NCBI GenBank assembly: GCA_963780675.1
Contig: CAWACR010000008.1
Location: 77,146-141,145 of the forward strand
DNA: 64,000 bases
Direction: 5' to 3'
Origin: an uncultured Actinomycetota bacterium
GTDB taxonomy: Bacteria > Actinomycetota > Actinomycetes > Actinomycetales > JAHECE01
The notes below the pieces were generated by a model. It made no database searches. It had not been told where the DNA came from and worked only from the letters and a program-made list of their open reading frames with translations. Shown here one piece after another: positions 1-10,660 of the stretch. Position 1 is the stretch's first letter. The number at the start of each line of letters is the position of its first letter. Both the position numbers and the translations under genes were made by a program.

Positions 1-933
1 CGCGACCTGCATCTGCGGCTCGGACCTGTGGCCCTAGCGCGGCATCGACTCCGTCGACGCGGCCGACGCCGATGGGCCACGAGTACGTCGGCGTCGTCGA
101 GCAGGTCGGCAGCGAGGTCCGCGACGATCAAGGTCGGCGACTTCGTCGTCGGCTCGTTCTTCGCCTCGGACAACACGTGCGAGATCTGCCGGGCCGGGCT
201 ACCAGAGCCGCTGCGTCCACGCCAGCGGGACGCGCGCCGCAGGCACCCAGGCCGAGCTGCGTGCGCGTCCCGCTCGCCGACGGCACCCTCGTGGCGACCC
301 CGGGCATGCCCGACCCCGACCTGATCCCGTCCCTGCTCGCCGCCTCCGACGTCCTCGGGCACCGGGTGGTTCGCCGCCGTCGCCGCCGAGGCCGGCCCCG
401 GCAAGACGGTCGCCGTCGTCGGCGACGGCGCGGTCGGGCCTGCTCGGCGTCCTCGCCGCCAAGCAGCTCGGCGCGGAGCGGATCATCGCGATGAGCCGCC
501 ACGCCGACCGCCAGGCGCTCGCCCGCGAGTTCGGCGCGACCGACATCGTCGCCGAGCGCGGCGACGAGGGCGTCGCGACGGATCAAGGAACTCACCGGCG
601 GGCTCGGCGCGCACTCGGTGATCGAGGCCGTCGGCACCCAGGAGTCGATGATGCAGGCCATCCGCTCCACCCGCCCCGGCGGCCACGTCGGCTACGTCGG
701 CGTCACCCACGACGTCGAGCTCCCCGGCGAGGAGTTGTTCTTCTCCGGCGTGCACCTGCACGGCGGCCCCGCGCCCGTGCGCCGCTTCCTGCCCGAGCTG
801 ATCGACCTGATCTGGAACCGGCAGATCGACCCGGGCAAGGTCTTCGACCTCGACGCTGCCCTTCGAGCAGGCCGCCGAGGGCTACACGGCCATGGACGAG
901 CGCACGGCCATCAAGGTCCTCCTGACGCCGTAG
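1..933 (+). CDS. Zinc-dependent alcohol dehydrogenase family protein, 5' end outside window, several frameshifts
   Basis: MDR motifs are split over frames: ICGSDL, GHEYVGVVE, CEICRAG, VVGDGAVG, IEAVGT, IDPGKVFD, AIKVLL. Stop TAG at 931-933. Confidence 0.85.
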
Positions 934-950
934 GCCCCACCCCCCTCCGT

Positions 951-1006
951 CGAACGCGGGGTTATGGGTCGAATGGGCCTGCATTCGACCCATAACCCCG
1001 CGTTCG
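951..1006. repeat. Perfect 25-bp inverted repeat (REP-like palindrome or bidirectional terminator) between convergent genes
   Basis: CGAACGCGGGGTTATGGGTCGAATG (951-975), 6-nt loop, exact reverse complement at 982-1006. Confidence 0.9.
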
Positions 1007-1043
1007 GCGGGTAGCTGGTGAGGCGGGCGTGGCTGGTGGGCTC

Positions 1044-2426
1044 TCAGGCGCCGAGGTGGGTGCCGTCCGGGATGACCCGGGGGCTTCCGGAGTCCTCGAG
1101 ACGGGCATCGCCCGTGACGACGACGCCGGCCCCGAAGGTCCAGTCACCGTGCACGGTCAGCGAGGTCGCACCGCGCAGGGACGGCGCCCCGGCCGGGAAC
1201 CGGGCGTCGAAGGCCGCCATCGTCTTGTAGCGCTTCGAGTCGAGGTCGACCAGCGGGGCCGACTCCACGGCCAGGCGCAGGACGCCGTCGGCGCCGAGGT
1301 CGTAGGCGTCCGAACGCAGCAGCAGCAGGTCGTTCGTCGTCTTCACCGGCAGGAACCGGGCCCGCTCCACCACGATCGCCCGGGCACCCTCGAACACCTC
1401 GATCGCCGCCCCCATCGCCGTCTCGATCTGGAACACCTCCGGCGAGGCCGGGTCGGTCGGATCCACGTTCTTGACGTTACGGATCAACGGCAACCCCAGC
1501 ACGGCGCCCCGCGAGGTCAACGCGTCGTAGAGCGCCTGCAGGTCGAACCACAAGTTGTTCGTGTGGAAGAACGGGTGCGTGTGCTCGTTCGTGAAGAAGT
1601 CCATCTCCTCCGGCGCCGTCTGCGCCGTGTCCCGCAGGATCAACCGCCCGTCGCTCGTGCGGACGGCGAGGTGACCACCCTTACGGTCCGCCGCCGTGCG
1701 CCGGCACAGCTCCGCCGCGTACGGCGCGCCCGAGGCCGCGAACCACCCCGCCAGCTCCGCCGACGGCGCCGCGCCCAAGTTGTCGGAGTTCGACGTGTTC
1801 GCATACCGGAACCCTTGCTCCAGCAACGCCTCCAGCACCCCCGACGCCAGGATCGCCGTGTAGATGTCACCATGCCCCGGCGGGCACCACTCCAACGACG
1901 GGTCCCTCGGCCAGGACACCGGCGTCAGGTCCGAGGTCAGCAGTTTCGGCTCGGCGTTCTGCACGAAGTCCAGCGGCAGGCCCTCCACCGCGATGTCCGG
2001 GTGACCCGCGAGCACCGCCAGGGAGTCGTCATGCGTGCGGAAGGAGTTCATGAGGATCAGCGGCAGGCGCGCCCCGTAGGCAGACCGCGCGTCCCGGACC
2101 TGCTGGACGATGAGGTCCAGGAACGACTTGCCGTCCCGCACCGGCAGCAACGACTTCGCCCGATCCATCCCCATCGACGTCCCGAGCCCGCCGTTGAGCT
2201 TGATCAGCACCGTCTTGCCGATCGCCTCGCGCGCCGCCTCGGAGTCCACGTGCACCTCGGAAAGGAACGGCGGATCGAGCAGCGGCGTGATCGTGTCCTC
2301 CCGGATCAGACCCGTCGCCCCGGCCTCCAACTCCCCGTAGTAGTACGAGAAGACGTCGATCGCGGCCTGGCTCACCCCCGCCACCCGCATCTTCACCTGT
2401 GCCTGCTGAAGTCCGGCGATGCTCAT
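1044..2426 (-). CDS. UTP--glucose-1-phosphate uridylyltransferase, eukaryote-like UDPGP family (UgpA/USP type)
   Basis: Intact 460-aa ORF with KLNGGLGTSMG, WCPPGHGD, SNSDNLGA, FHTNNLW, ETAMGAAI and RFLPVKTT motifs. Confidence 0.93.
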   Translation of the reverse strand: MSIAGLQQAQVKMRVAGVSQAAIDVFSYYYGELEAGATGLIREDTITPLLDPPFLSEVHVDSEAAREAIGKTVLIKLNGGLGTSMGMDRAKSLLPVRDGKSFLDLIVQQVRDARSAYGARLPLILMNSFRTHDDSLAVLAGHPDIAVEGLPLDFVQNAEPKLLTSDLTPVSWPRDPSLEWCPPGHGDIYTAILASGVLEALLEQGFRYANTSNSDNLGAAPSAELAGWFAASGAPYAAELCRRTAADRKGGHLAVRTSDGRLILRDTAQTAPEEMDFFTNEHTHPFFHTNNLWFDLQALYDALTSRGAVLGLPLIRNVKNVDPTDPASPEVFQIETAMGAAIEVFEGARAIVVERARFLPVKTTNDLLLLRSDAYDLGADGVLRLAVESAPLVDLDSKRYKTMAAFDARFPAGAPSLRGATSLTVHGDWTFGAGVVVTGDARLEDSGSPRVIPDGTHLGA

Positions 2427-2429
2427 GGC

Positions 2430-4607
2430 TCATACCTCCTGGGCGCGGATGAGGACGAGGTGGTCGGTGGGCAGGAGAGGCGCCTGGAGCCCGACGTCGG
2501 CCAGCAGGCGGCCGGGGAGCGTGACGCCGTCGCCCGCCCACGCCGGGGCGAACGTCCGGGCGGCGCCGTCGCCCGGCGGCTGGACGGTCACCCGGTAGGA
2601 ACGCTCGGGGTCCAGGCCGGGCAGCGGGACCCGGCCGGTCGGCCAGGTCAGGACGTGGTCCAGGGCCGAGAGCCGGTACAGCGCATCGGACTTGTCGGCG
2701 GCGACCACGCCGTCGAGGTGCAGCGCCGGGTTGGTCAGGTCCGCGTGCACGACGTCGCCGCTGTGGAGCAGGTGACGCACCGACTTGTGGAAGGCGATCC
2801 ACGCCCGCAGCGCGGCGACGTCGTCCTCGGCGGCCACGGTGAGGTCCCACTCGATGCCCATGTGTCCCCACATCGCCGTGCCGGCGCGGAAGGAGAGGTC
2901 ATGCGCGCGGCGTGGTGGTGTGGTCCGCGCCGGAGCCGACGTGCGTGCCCATGAGTTCCAGCGGCAGCGTCAGGCCGGTGTAGGCGACCATCCGGTGCCG
3001 CTCGTGCGCGTCGATGCAGTCCGAGACCCACACCCGATCGGTGTGCTCGATGATCCCGAGGTCCACGCGGCCGCCGCCGCCGCAGCACGACTCGATCTCC
3101 AGGCCGGGGTGACGCGCCTTCAACTCGGCCATCATCCGGTGCGTCGCGAGCGTCTGGACGTGCACGCCGGGCGTGCCGTCCGGGGAGTGCCCGGCGTCGG
3201 CCAGGGCCCGGTTGTGGTCCCACTTGATGTAGGCGACGCCGTACTCGGCGACGACGGCGGACACCCGCTCCAGGACGTAGGCGTACGCCTCGGGGTGGCC
3301 CAGGTCGAGGACGTGCTGGTGGCGGGAGCGAGATCCCGGGCCCGTGGTCGGTCTGGAAGATCCACTCCGGGTGCGCGCGGGCGAGGTCGGAGTCCAGGTT
3401 GACCATCTCGGGCTCGAACCACAGCCCGAACTCCATGCCGAGGTCGCGCACCCGGTCGGTGAGCGGGTGCATGCCCTCCGGGCCCCACACGCCCTCGTCC
3501 ACGTACCAGTCCCCCAGCCCGGCGTGGTCCGAGCGGCGGTTGCGGAACCAGCCGTCGTCCAGGACGTACCGCTCGATGCCGAGCGCCGCGGCGTGCTCGG
3601 CCAGGGCGATCAACTTGTCGAGGCGCATGTCGAAGTACACGGCCTCCCAGGTGTTCAGCAGCACCGGGCGCTGCCGCTGCGGGTGCTGCGGGCGCGCGCG
3701 CAGGAACCGGTGGAACCGGTGCGAGAACTCGTCCAGCCCCTCCCCCCACGATCCGTACAGCCACGGCGAGGCGTACTCCTCGCCCTGCGCGAGGCGGACC
3801 TCACCCGGCAGGAGCAGTTCGCCGCCGCGCAGCAGCCGCCAGCCCGTGAACGAGTGCTCCGCGGCGCAGGACCTGGTTGCCGGACCACCCCAGGTGCACG
3901 CCCCACAGGCGTCCGGCCGCCAGCCGAACCCGGGCCGCCCGCGCGATCATCACCGTCGCGGAGTCGTGCCCGGGGCGCCCGCCCCACGCCTCGCGCAGCC
4001 ACAGCCCCTGCGTCGAACGGCCGCCGCTGCGGCGTCCGCTCGTGCGTGTGCCGCCCGGCCATGTCGAGGAGTTCGGTCGCCTCGGCCGGCACCGGGAGCG
4101 TCGGTCTCGAGGTGGCGCACCTCGTACGCCTCGGCGCCAGGTTGCGCACGGCGGCGCGGACGCGGACCAGGCCGCTCGCGAGGAGTTCGACGTCGGTGCT
4201 CACCTCGAGCGCGCCGGGGCCGTCCGCGCCGACGATCGCAGCCGCACCGCGCCGGCCGGACCGTCCGGCCAGGCGTCGCTCCCGGCGTCGGCCACCTCGT
4301 GGGCGACGGCGTCGAACGCGATCGACCACGCCCGCCCGTCCCGGCTGCCGAGCAGACCCGGGCGGCCCTGCCAGCCCGAGGAGTGCTGCGGCAGCACCGC
4401 CACCGCCTCCTGGGCCATGATCACCGAGTCGACGAACGGCATCCCGAGCGCGGGCAGCAGTGCGGCCAGCGCGCCGTCGTCCACCTCACCCAGGTCCGGC
4501 CCCCAGTGCAGCACGCACGGCAACGCCCGGTCCTCCAGCCGCACCACCACACTCGTCCCACCCCGACGCAGGTGGAGCACCCGCGCGCCGCCGGCCGTGT
4601 CATTCAT
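2430..4607 (-). CDS. Alpha-galactosidase (GH36), several frameshifts
   Basis: Motifs across frames: LNTWEAVYFD, VLDDGWF, GLGDW, FGLWFEPEMVN, YIKWDHNR, ESCCGGGGR, WVSDC. ATG at 4607 (MNDTAGG). Confidence 0.9.
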
Positions 4608-4636
4608 GTCTGCTTCTCCATCTCTTCTGTGCAGGG

Positions 4637-5605
4637 CTATCGAGCAGCGGCTTGGCGGGCGTGCCAGGCGGTGGCGACCATGTCGGTGAGGGTGTGGCGC
4701 ATGCGTCCAGTCGAGGTCGGCGTGGGCCAGGGCGCCGGAGGCGACGATCCGGGCGGGGTCGCCGGGGCGGCGGGGGGCGATCACGGGGTCGAAGGCGATG
4801 CCGGTGACCTCGGCCATCGCGGTCATGATCTGCGCGACCGAGACCCCGTCCCCGCGAGCCCAGGTTGTACACCGGGCGCAACACGGTCCCGGCGTCGAGC
4901 TTCTGCGCGGCGACCACGTGCGCGGCGGCCAGGTCGCCGACGTGGATGTAGTCCCGCACGCACGTGCCGTCCGGGGTGGGGTAGTCGGTGCCGTTGATCC
5001 GCGGGGTCCGGCCCTCCAGGAGCGCCTCGAACACCAGGGGGAACAGGTTGTGGGGGCTGGTGTCGTACAGCTCGGGGGTGCCGGAGCCGACGACGTTGAA
5101 GTACCGCAGCGACACGTGCCGCAGGTCGCGCGCCTTGGCCTGGTCGGCCAGCAGCCACTCCCCGATCAGCTTGGACTCCCCGTAGGGGGACTCCGGGGTG
5201 GTGGGGGTCTCCTCGGTCACCAGGTCGACATCGGGGGTGCCGAACGTGGCCGCGGAGGAGGAGAACACGATCGAGGGCACCCCGGCGGCCTCCATCGCCC
5301 GCAGGACGCTGATGGTGCCGACGACGTTCTGCTCGTAGCAGTGCAGCGGCTGCTGCACCGAGACCCCGGCGTACTTGAACCCGGCGATGTGCATCACCCC
5401 GGTCACGGCGTGCTCCCGCATGAGCGCGGTCAGCAGGTCCGTGTCCAGGATCGTGCCCCGGGAGAACGGCACCCCCGCCGGGACGAACTCCTCGTGCCCG
5501 CTCGAGAGGTCATCCACCACCACCGGCGGCGATCCCCGCCCCCAGGAACGCCCGCACCACGTGGGAACCGATGTACCCGGCACCACCGGTCACCAACCAC
5601 GACAT
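4637..5605 (-). CDS. galE: UDP-glucose 4-epimerase, frameshifted
   Basis: MSWLVTGGAGYIGSHV start in an alternative frame, then FSSSAA, PYGESK, LRYFNVVG, DGTCVRDYIHV. Confidence 0.92.
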
Positions 5606-5641
5606 GACGTGAACCTCTCGATCGAGCGAACGGGGACTGCG

Positions 5642-6889
5642 TCAGGCGACGCGATCGGCGCCGGGTCCGGCGTCGGCGATGAGGAAGCCCGGCTCACGCC
5701 AGCCCTGGGCCTCGAAGGCTGTGGCGACGACCGAGGCGATCTCGGTGGCCGACCCTGACTCCACGAGCGCGATGGCGGACCCGCCGAACCCACCGCCCGT
5801 CATCCGCGCGCCCAGTGCCCCGGCACCGCAGGCGGCGTCGACGGCGACGTTCAGCTCGGCGCAGGAGACCTCGTAGTCCACGCTCAAGGACTCGTGGGAG
5901 GCGTCCAGCAGCGGCCCGACCTCCCGCACCCGCCCGGCGCGCACCAGGTCCGTGAACTCCACGACGCGGGCGATCTCGGTGACGACATGACGCACCCGGC
6001 GGCGCTCCACCGGATCGGACAGCGCCCCGAGAGCGGCGTCGAGGTCGGTGACCTCGCGCAGGGTGCCCACACCCAGTCTCTCGGCCGCGCCGTGACACGA
6101 CGCCCGCCGGGCCGCGTACTGCCCGTCGACCAAGGCGTGCTCGGCCCGCGTGTCGATCACCAACAACTCCAGCCCCGCCGAGGCCAGGTCGAACGGCACC
6201 TGCTGCACGCTCGCGTCCACGGTGTCCAACAGGAGGGCGTGACCCGCCAGCGCCCGCAACGACACGGCCTGGTCCATCCCCCCGGTGGGCGCACCGGCCA
6301 CCTCGTTCTCCGCCCGCACGCACGCCGCGGCCAGCCGCGCCCGCCCGACGTCGCCGTCGGCCAGCAGTCCCAGGCCAAACACCTCGTCGAGCGCCGCGCC
6401 GACGGCGCACTCGATAGCCGCCGATGAGGACAAGCCCGCGCCGAGAGGGACGCACGAATCGATCGCGGCGTCGAAACCACCGACGGTGAACCCGTCCTGG
6501 CCCAGTGCCCAGGCCGGCCCGCCGGCATACGCCACCCAGGAGGAGACCCGGCCGGGCGCGACGTCCTCCACCGCCCCGGTCCAGACGCGGTCCGGGGCAA
6601 GAGACGAGACGAGCCGCACCACGCCGTCATCCCGGCGGCGCAGCGAGACGAACGTGCGGTGCGCGAGCGCGATCGGCAGGCACAGCCCGCCGTTGTAGTC
6701 CACGTGCTCACCGATGAGGTTGACACGCCCCGGCGCCGCCCACACGCCGACACCGGCCGCCCCGAAAGCGACACGCGCGAGATCACTCGCCCGCCGGGCG
6801 CCGACGTCGTCCGCCCACGGAGCGAGCGGTGCGACCGTGAACCCCGCCCGGGGGGCTCCGATATGAATGCGTTCACGTTGCTTGGTCAT
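5642..6889 (-). CDS. galK: Galactokinase
   Basis: APGRVNLIGEHVDYN, PLGAGLSSSAA, GGMDQ and GARMTGGGFGG GHMP motifs. Confidence 0.95.
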   Translation of the reverse strand: MTKQRERIHIGAPRAGFTVAPLAPWADDVGARRASDLARVAFGAAGVGVWAAPGRVNLIGEHVDYNGGLCLPIALAHRTFVSLRRRDDGVVRLVSSLAPDRVWTGAVEDVAPGRVSSWVAYAGGPAWALGQDGFTVGGFDAAIDSCVPLGAGLSSSAAIECAVGAALDEVFGLGLLADGDVGRARLAAACVRAENEVAGAPTGGMDQAVSLRALAGHALLLDTVDASVQQVPFDLASAGLELLVIDTRAEHALVDGQYAARRASCHGAAERLGVGTLREVTDLDAALGALSDPVERRRVRHVVTEIARVVEFTDLVRAGRVREVGPLLDASHESLSVDYEVSCAELNVAVDAACGAGALGARMTGGGFGGSAIALVESGSATEIASVVATAFEAQGWREPGFLIADAGPGADRVA

Positions 6890-6996
6890 GTTCGCGCGGC
6901 GTTCTCTCGAGGGCTCGCGTCCGTGTGGGGAAGGAAAGCCCGGTGGGGATAGGGCCCCTGATCGTGATCGAACCGGGCCAGGGAAGGACGAGCGGC

Positions 6997-7046
6997 TCCT
7001 GCGGAGCCCGGTGCGGACGAGGCCGGCCGCACCGGGCTCCGCAGGA
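6997..7046 (-). terminator. 20-bp perfect hairpin downstream of the solute-binding protein gene (terminator or mRNA-stabilising stem)
   Basis: TCCTGCGGAGCCCGGTGCGG (6997-7016) pairs exactly with 7027-7046, about 10 nt past the stop codon. Confidence 0.75.
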
Positions 7047-7056
7047 ACGTTCCCGC

Positions 7057-8414
7057 CTACTCGAACAGGGCGTTCACCTGGTCGTTGGCGTCGGTCAGTG
7101 AGTCGACCTCCGCCGCACCGGACATCACGTTGTCCATCGCGGGGCTCATGATCGCGTTGATGTCGGCGATGTTCTCCGTGATCGGCGTGAGGAAGGTCGT
7201 GCCCTCGTCGACCTGCACGGTGAAGGCCGTCACGTCGATGCCGCGCTCGGCGAAGCTCGCCTTGGCGATCTCGGACGATTCCGGGATGGCCGGGAAGACG
7301 ACGCCGGCCTCACCCACGAGGTCCTGGCACGACCGCGAACCGAGGAACTCGACCCACTTGACGGCGCCCTCAGGGTTGTCGGTCCCCGCCCACACGGAGT
7401 CGGCCAGTCCGTTGAACATGCTGGCGCGTGCGCCCTCCGGACCGATCGGGGTCGGAGCGAGACCGACCTCGACGCCCTCATAGCCGTAGTAGCTGCCGAT
7501 CATCCACGAGCCGTTGACGTTCAGTGCGGCCTTGCCCGCCCCGAAGGTGTCGTTCATGGACGCTCCGACCGTGGTCTCGAGCGCGGGCATGTAGCCCTTC
7601 TCGATGAGCGAGTACCACCAGGCGATGGTGTCCTGGAACCGGGGTCGTCGTAGTTGTAGTGGGTGCCCCACGGGTTGGTGTCGGTGTGGGTCCACCCCGT
7701 GGTCCCGGTGTACATGCTCCACTCGGTCTGGCCGAGGAAGCCGCCGGAGCCGGGGAGACCGAGGCCGTAGACCGCGACGTTGTTCTTGTCGAAGCCGGGC
7801 TCGTCGCCGCGCACGCCGTTGGCGTCGACCGTGAGTCGCGCGATGACGTCCTCGTAGGTTCCCCCGTCCTCGGGGTTCCACGTGAGGGTGTTCATCTGCT
7901 CCGGGGTGATCCCCGCCTCCTGCACCATCGCCTGGTTGTAGAAGATGGCGACCGTGTCCCAGTCCTTCGGAAGGCCGTAGCGCTTGCCGTCCTGGCCGAC
8001 CCACAGGTCCGCGAGTCCCTCCGCGTACTGGGTGACGTCCGTGTCCGTGAGGTAGTCGTCCAGCGCCAGCAGCTGGCCCTGCTCGGCGAACGACGGGTAC
8101 TGCGTCACGTGGTCGGTGAAGACGTCGGGCGCGGTGTCCGACACGAAGCCGGTGGTCAGCGTGGACCAGTAGTCGTCCCACCCCCGCTGGGTGATCTCGA
8201 CCGTCAGGTCGGGGTTCTCCTCGTGGAAGGCGTCGGCACAGGCCTGGTAGGCGGCCTGCTGGTTGGAGTCCCAGAGCCAGTAGTCGATCGTGCCGGCAGC
8301 CGAGCCCGAGTCACCGCCGCCCCCGTCACCGTCGTCGCCGCCGCTGCTGCAGGCGGCCGCGAGCAGCGGAACGCTCGCCAGGACGGCGACCCCACGAAGG
8401 GTCCTTCTGTTCAT
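7057..8414 (-). CDS. Sugar ABC transporter substrate-binding lipoprotein, one frameshift near 7640
   Basis: MNRRTLRG signal with LAAAC lipobox, APDVF, YGLPKDWDT. Joins ORFs 7554..8531 and 7057..8181. Confidence 0.88.
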
Positions 8415-8478
8415 TCCTGTCTCCTTGTCTGTTGTCCTGCGGAAGGCATGCCACAGCGACGGCTGTCGCACGATTGCT

Positions 8479-9414
8479 CTACTTGATTCCGGAGAAGCCG
8501 ATGGAGTTGACGATCCGCTTGGCGAACGCAATGAAGAGGATCATGATCGGGAGTGCGGCGACGAGGGAGGCCGCCATCAGTCCTGCCCAGTCCGGAGAGC
8601 CCTGCGGCGTCTGGGACCGGAATACGCCCAACGCGACGGTGAGCACCCGCGATCCCTCCGTCTGGCCCACGATCAACGGCCAGAAGTAGTCGTTCCAGGT
8701 GCCGATGAAGGTCAGGAGGCCGAGGGTGATGATCGGCGGCATCGACATCGGCATGATGATGCGGAAGAAGATCCGGAAGTGGCCCGCACCGTCGATCATC
8801 GCTGCCTCGTCGATCTCGCGGGGAAGCCCGAGGAAGAACTGCCGGAGGAAGAAGATGGCGAAAGGCGTCATGAAGAGACCGGTGATCATGATCCCGGGAA
8901 GGGTGTTCAGCAGCCCGAGCGACTTCACCGTCAAGAAGTTCGGTAGAGCCGTGAAGATCGGCGGGACCATCAGCGCGGCAAGGAAGACGTAGAACACCTT
9001 GTCCCGACCCGGCCAGCGCAGGCGGGCAAAGGCGTAGGCCGCCATGGCGCTGAAGATGGTCTGGCCGATGGTGACGCCGAGGGACACGATGATCGAGTTG
9101 CGGAGGTACAACCAGAAGTTGATCGACGCGCCCGAACCGCCCTCCGCGAGGGCCTCCTCGGGTGTCGCCAGGCCCAGCACTCGCTTGAAGGCGCCGAGGG
9201 TGAAGTCGGCGGGAAGAAGTGAGAAGGCGTTGGCAGCCAGCGCCTTGTTGTTCGACAGGCCCGTGCGGAGCATCCAGTAGAACGGCACGATCGTGACCAG
9301 CATCATCACGATCAAGGTGGTCCAGGCGGCGACCCTACCGAGGTTGACCTTCGCCCGTGGGGACGGCTCGACGACCGACGCCGCCTGCTTCCGAGCTTCC
9401 GTGGTGGTTGACAT
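8479..9414 (-). CDS. Carbohydrate ABC transporter permease (MalG-like)
   Basis: EAA loop (EIDEAAMIDGAG), WNDYFWPLI, multiple TM helices. Confidence 0.93.
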   Translation of the reverse strand: MSTTTEARKQAASVVEPSPRAKVNLGRVAAWTTLIVMMLVTIVPFYWMLRTGLSNNKALAANAFSLLPADFTLGAFKRVLGLATPEEALAEGGSGASINFWLYLRNSIIVSLGVTIGQTIFSAMAAYAFARLRWPGRDKVFYVFLAALMVPPIFTALPNFLTVKSLGLLNTLPGIMITGLFMTPFAIFFLRQFFLGLPREIDEAAMIDGAGHFRIFFRIIMPMSMPPIITLGLLTFIGTWNDYFWPLIVGQTEGSRVLTVALGVFRSQTPQGSPDWAGLMAASLVAALPIMILFIAFAKRIVNSIGFSGIK

Positions 9415-9429
9415 CTCTCATTCTTCCTT

Positions 9430-10368
9430 TCAGCCCAGGTCCGACTCGTCGCCGCGCAGGAGTTTCATCTGCGCGAAGGCGACCCCCGCCAGGATGAGGA
9501 AGAGCACCACCGAGAGCGCCGAGGCATAACCGAAGTTCTGCCGCGCGAACGCCTGGTCGAAGATGTACAGCTGGAGAACGTTCGAGGCCGTGCCGGGTCC
9601 TCCTCCGGTGGTCACCGCCACGGTGTCGAAGACCTGGAACGAACCGGTCACCGTCATGACCAGGACGAGGACGAGGATCGGCCGCAGGAGCGGCATGGTG
9701 ATCCTCCAGAACATCGTCCACTCGCTGGCTCCGTCGATCGCGCCCGCTTCGTAGACGGTCTTCGGGATCGTCTGGAGGCCGGCGAAGATGAGCAGCGCCG
9801 TGTATCCCATGTGGCGCCACACGTTGACGAATGCGATGGTCGGGATGGCCAGCGCGGCGTTCCCGAAGAAGGCGATCTTCTCGAGGCCGATGGCCTCCAA
9901 GAAGGCGTTCACGATGCCGACCTGGTAGTCGAGGAGCCAGAACCACAGGAGCGCGACGACCACGTTGGCGATGAGGTAGGGAAGCATGAGGCTTCCACGA
10001 ACGAATGTCGACTTGGTCAGCCGGTGCATGAGAACAGCCAGACCCAGGGCGATGACCGTCTGGAAACCGATGTTCAAGATGACGTACTCGAGGGTCACCC
10101 ACATCGAGTTCCAGAAGGTGTCGTCCCGGATGATCTCGCGGAAGTTGTCGAGCCCGATGAAGGTGGGCAGGCCCAGGATGTTGTAGTCGGTGAGGCTGAG
10201 GTAGAAGCCACGGACGGTCGGGTACAGGTAGAAGGTCGCGAAGCCGATGGCGGCCGGGAGGATGAACAGCAGGGCGACGCCGAGCTCGCTCGCCTTCCGG
10301 GCCTTCCTCGCGGACTTCCGCAGGTCCTCGAACGCCTCGACTCCGGTCGCGGGCGAGATCGTGCTCAC
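9430..10368 (-). CDS. Carbohydrate ABC transporter permease (MalF-like)
   Basis: GLDNF, YEAGAIDGAS...FWRITMPLL, TGGGPG motifs. Confidence 0.93.
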   Translation of the reverse strand: MSTISPATGVEAFEDLRKSARKARKASELGVALLFILPAAIGFATFYLYPTVRGFYLSLTDYNILGLPTFIGLDNFREIIRDDTFWNSMWVTLEYVILNIGFQTVIALGLAVLMHRLTKSTFVRGSLMLPYLIANVVVALLWFWLLDYQVGIVNAFLEAIGLEKIAFFGNAALAIPTIAFVNVWRHMGYTALLIFAGLQTIPKTVYEAGAIDGASEWTMFWRITMPLLRPILVLVLVMTVTGSFQVFDTVAVTTGGGPGTASNVLQLYIFDQAFARQNFGYASALSVVLFLILAGVAFAQMKLLRGDESDLG

Positions 10369-10660
10369 AGCTCGACCTCCCTTAACGTTAAACGTTGGCC
10401 GATCGACTCACGCAACTGGTCACCACCTAGGTCTGTGCAGGATCACCTGCAACGGTCGCGAGGCGCCCCGCGCCGTGCTCGCGGACGCCGAACAGGGCAG
10501 GGTCATAGGTCTGCCGGGTGCATCGACGCAACCAGCCAACTGCTGTGACGAACCTGACCGGTCCCGGAGACCTCGACCCTGGGTCGATGGCCTACTGTAA
10601 CGATCAAGCGCCCGCGGATGAGCGTCCCACCAGGCCCCCGTCCGGTCAAGCGGGTTCAGC

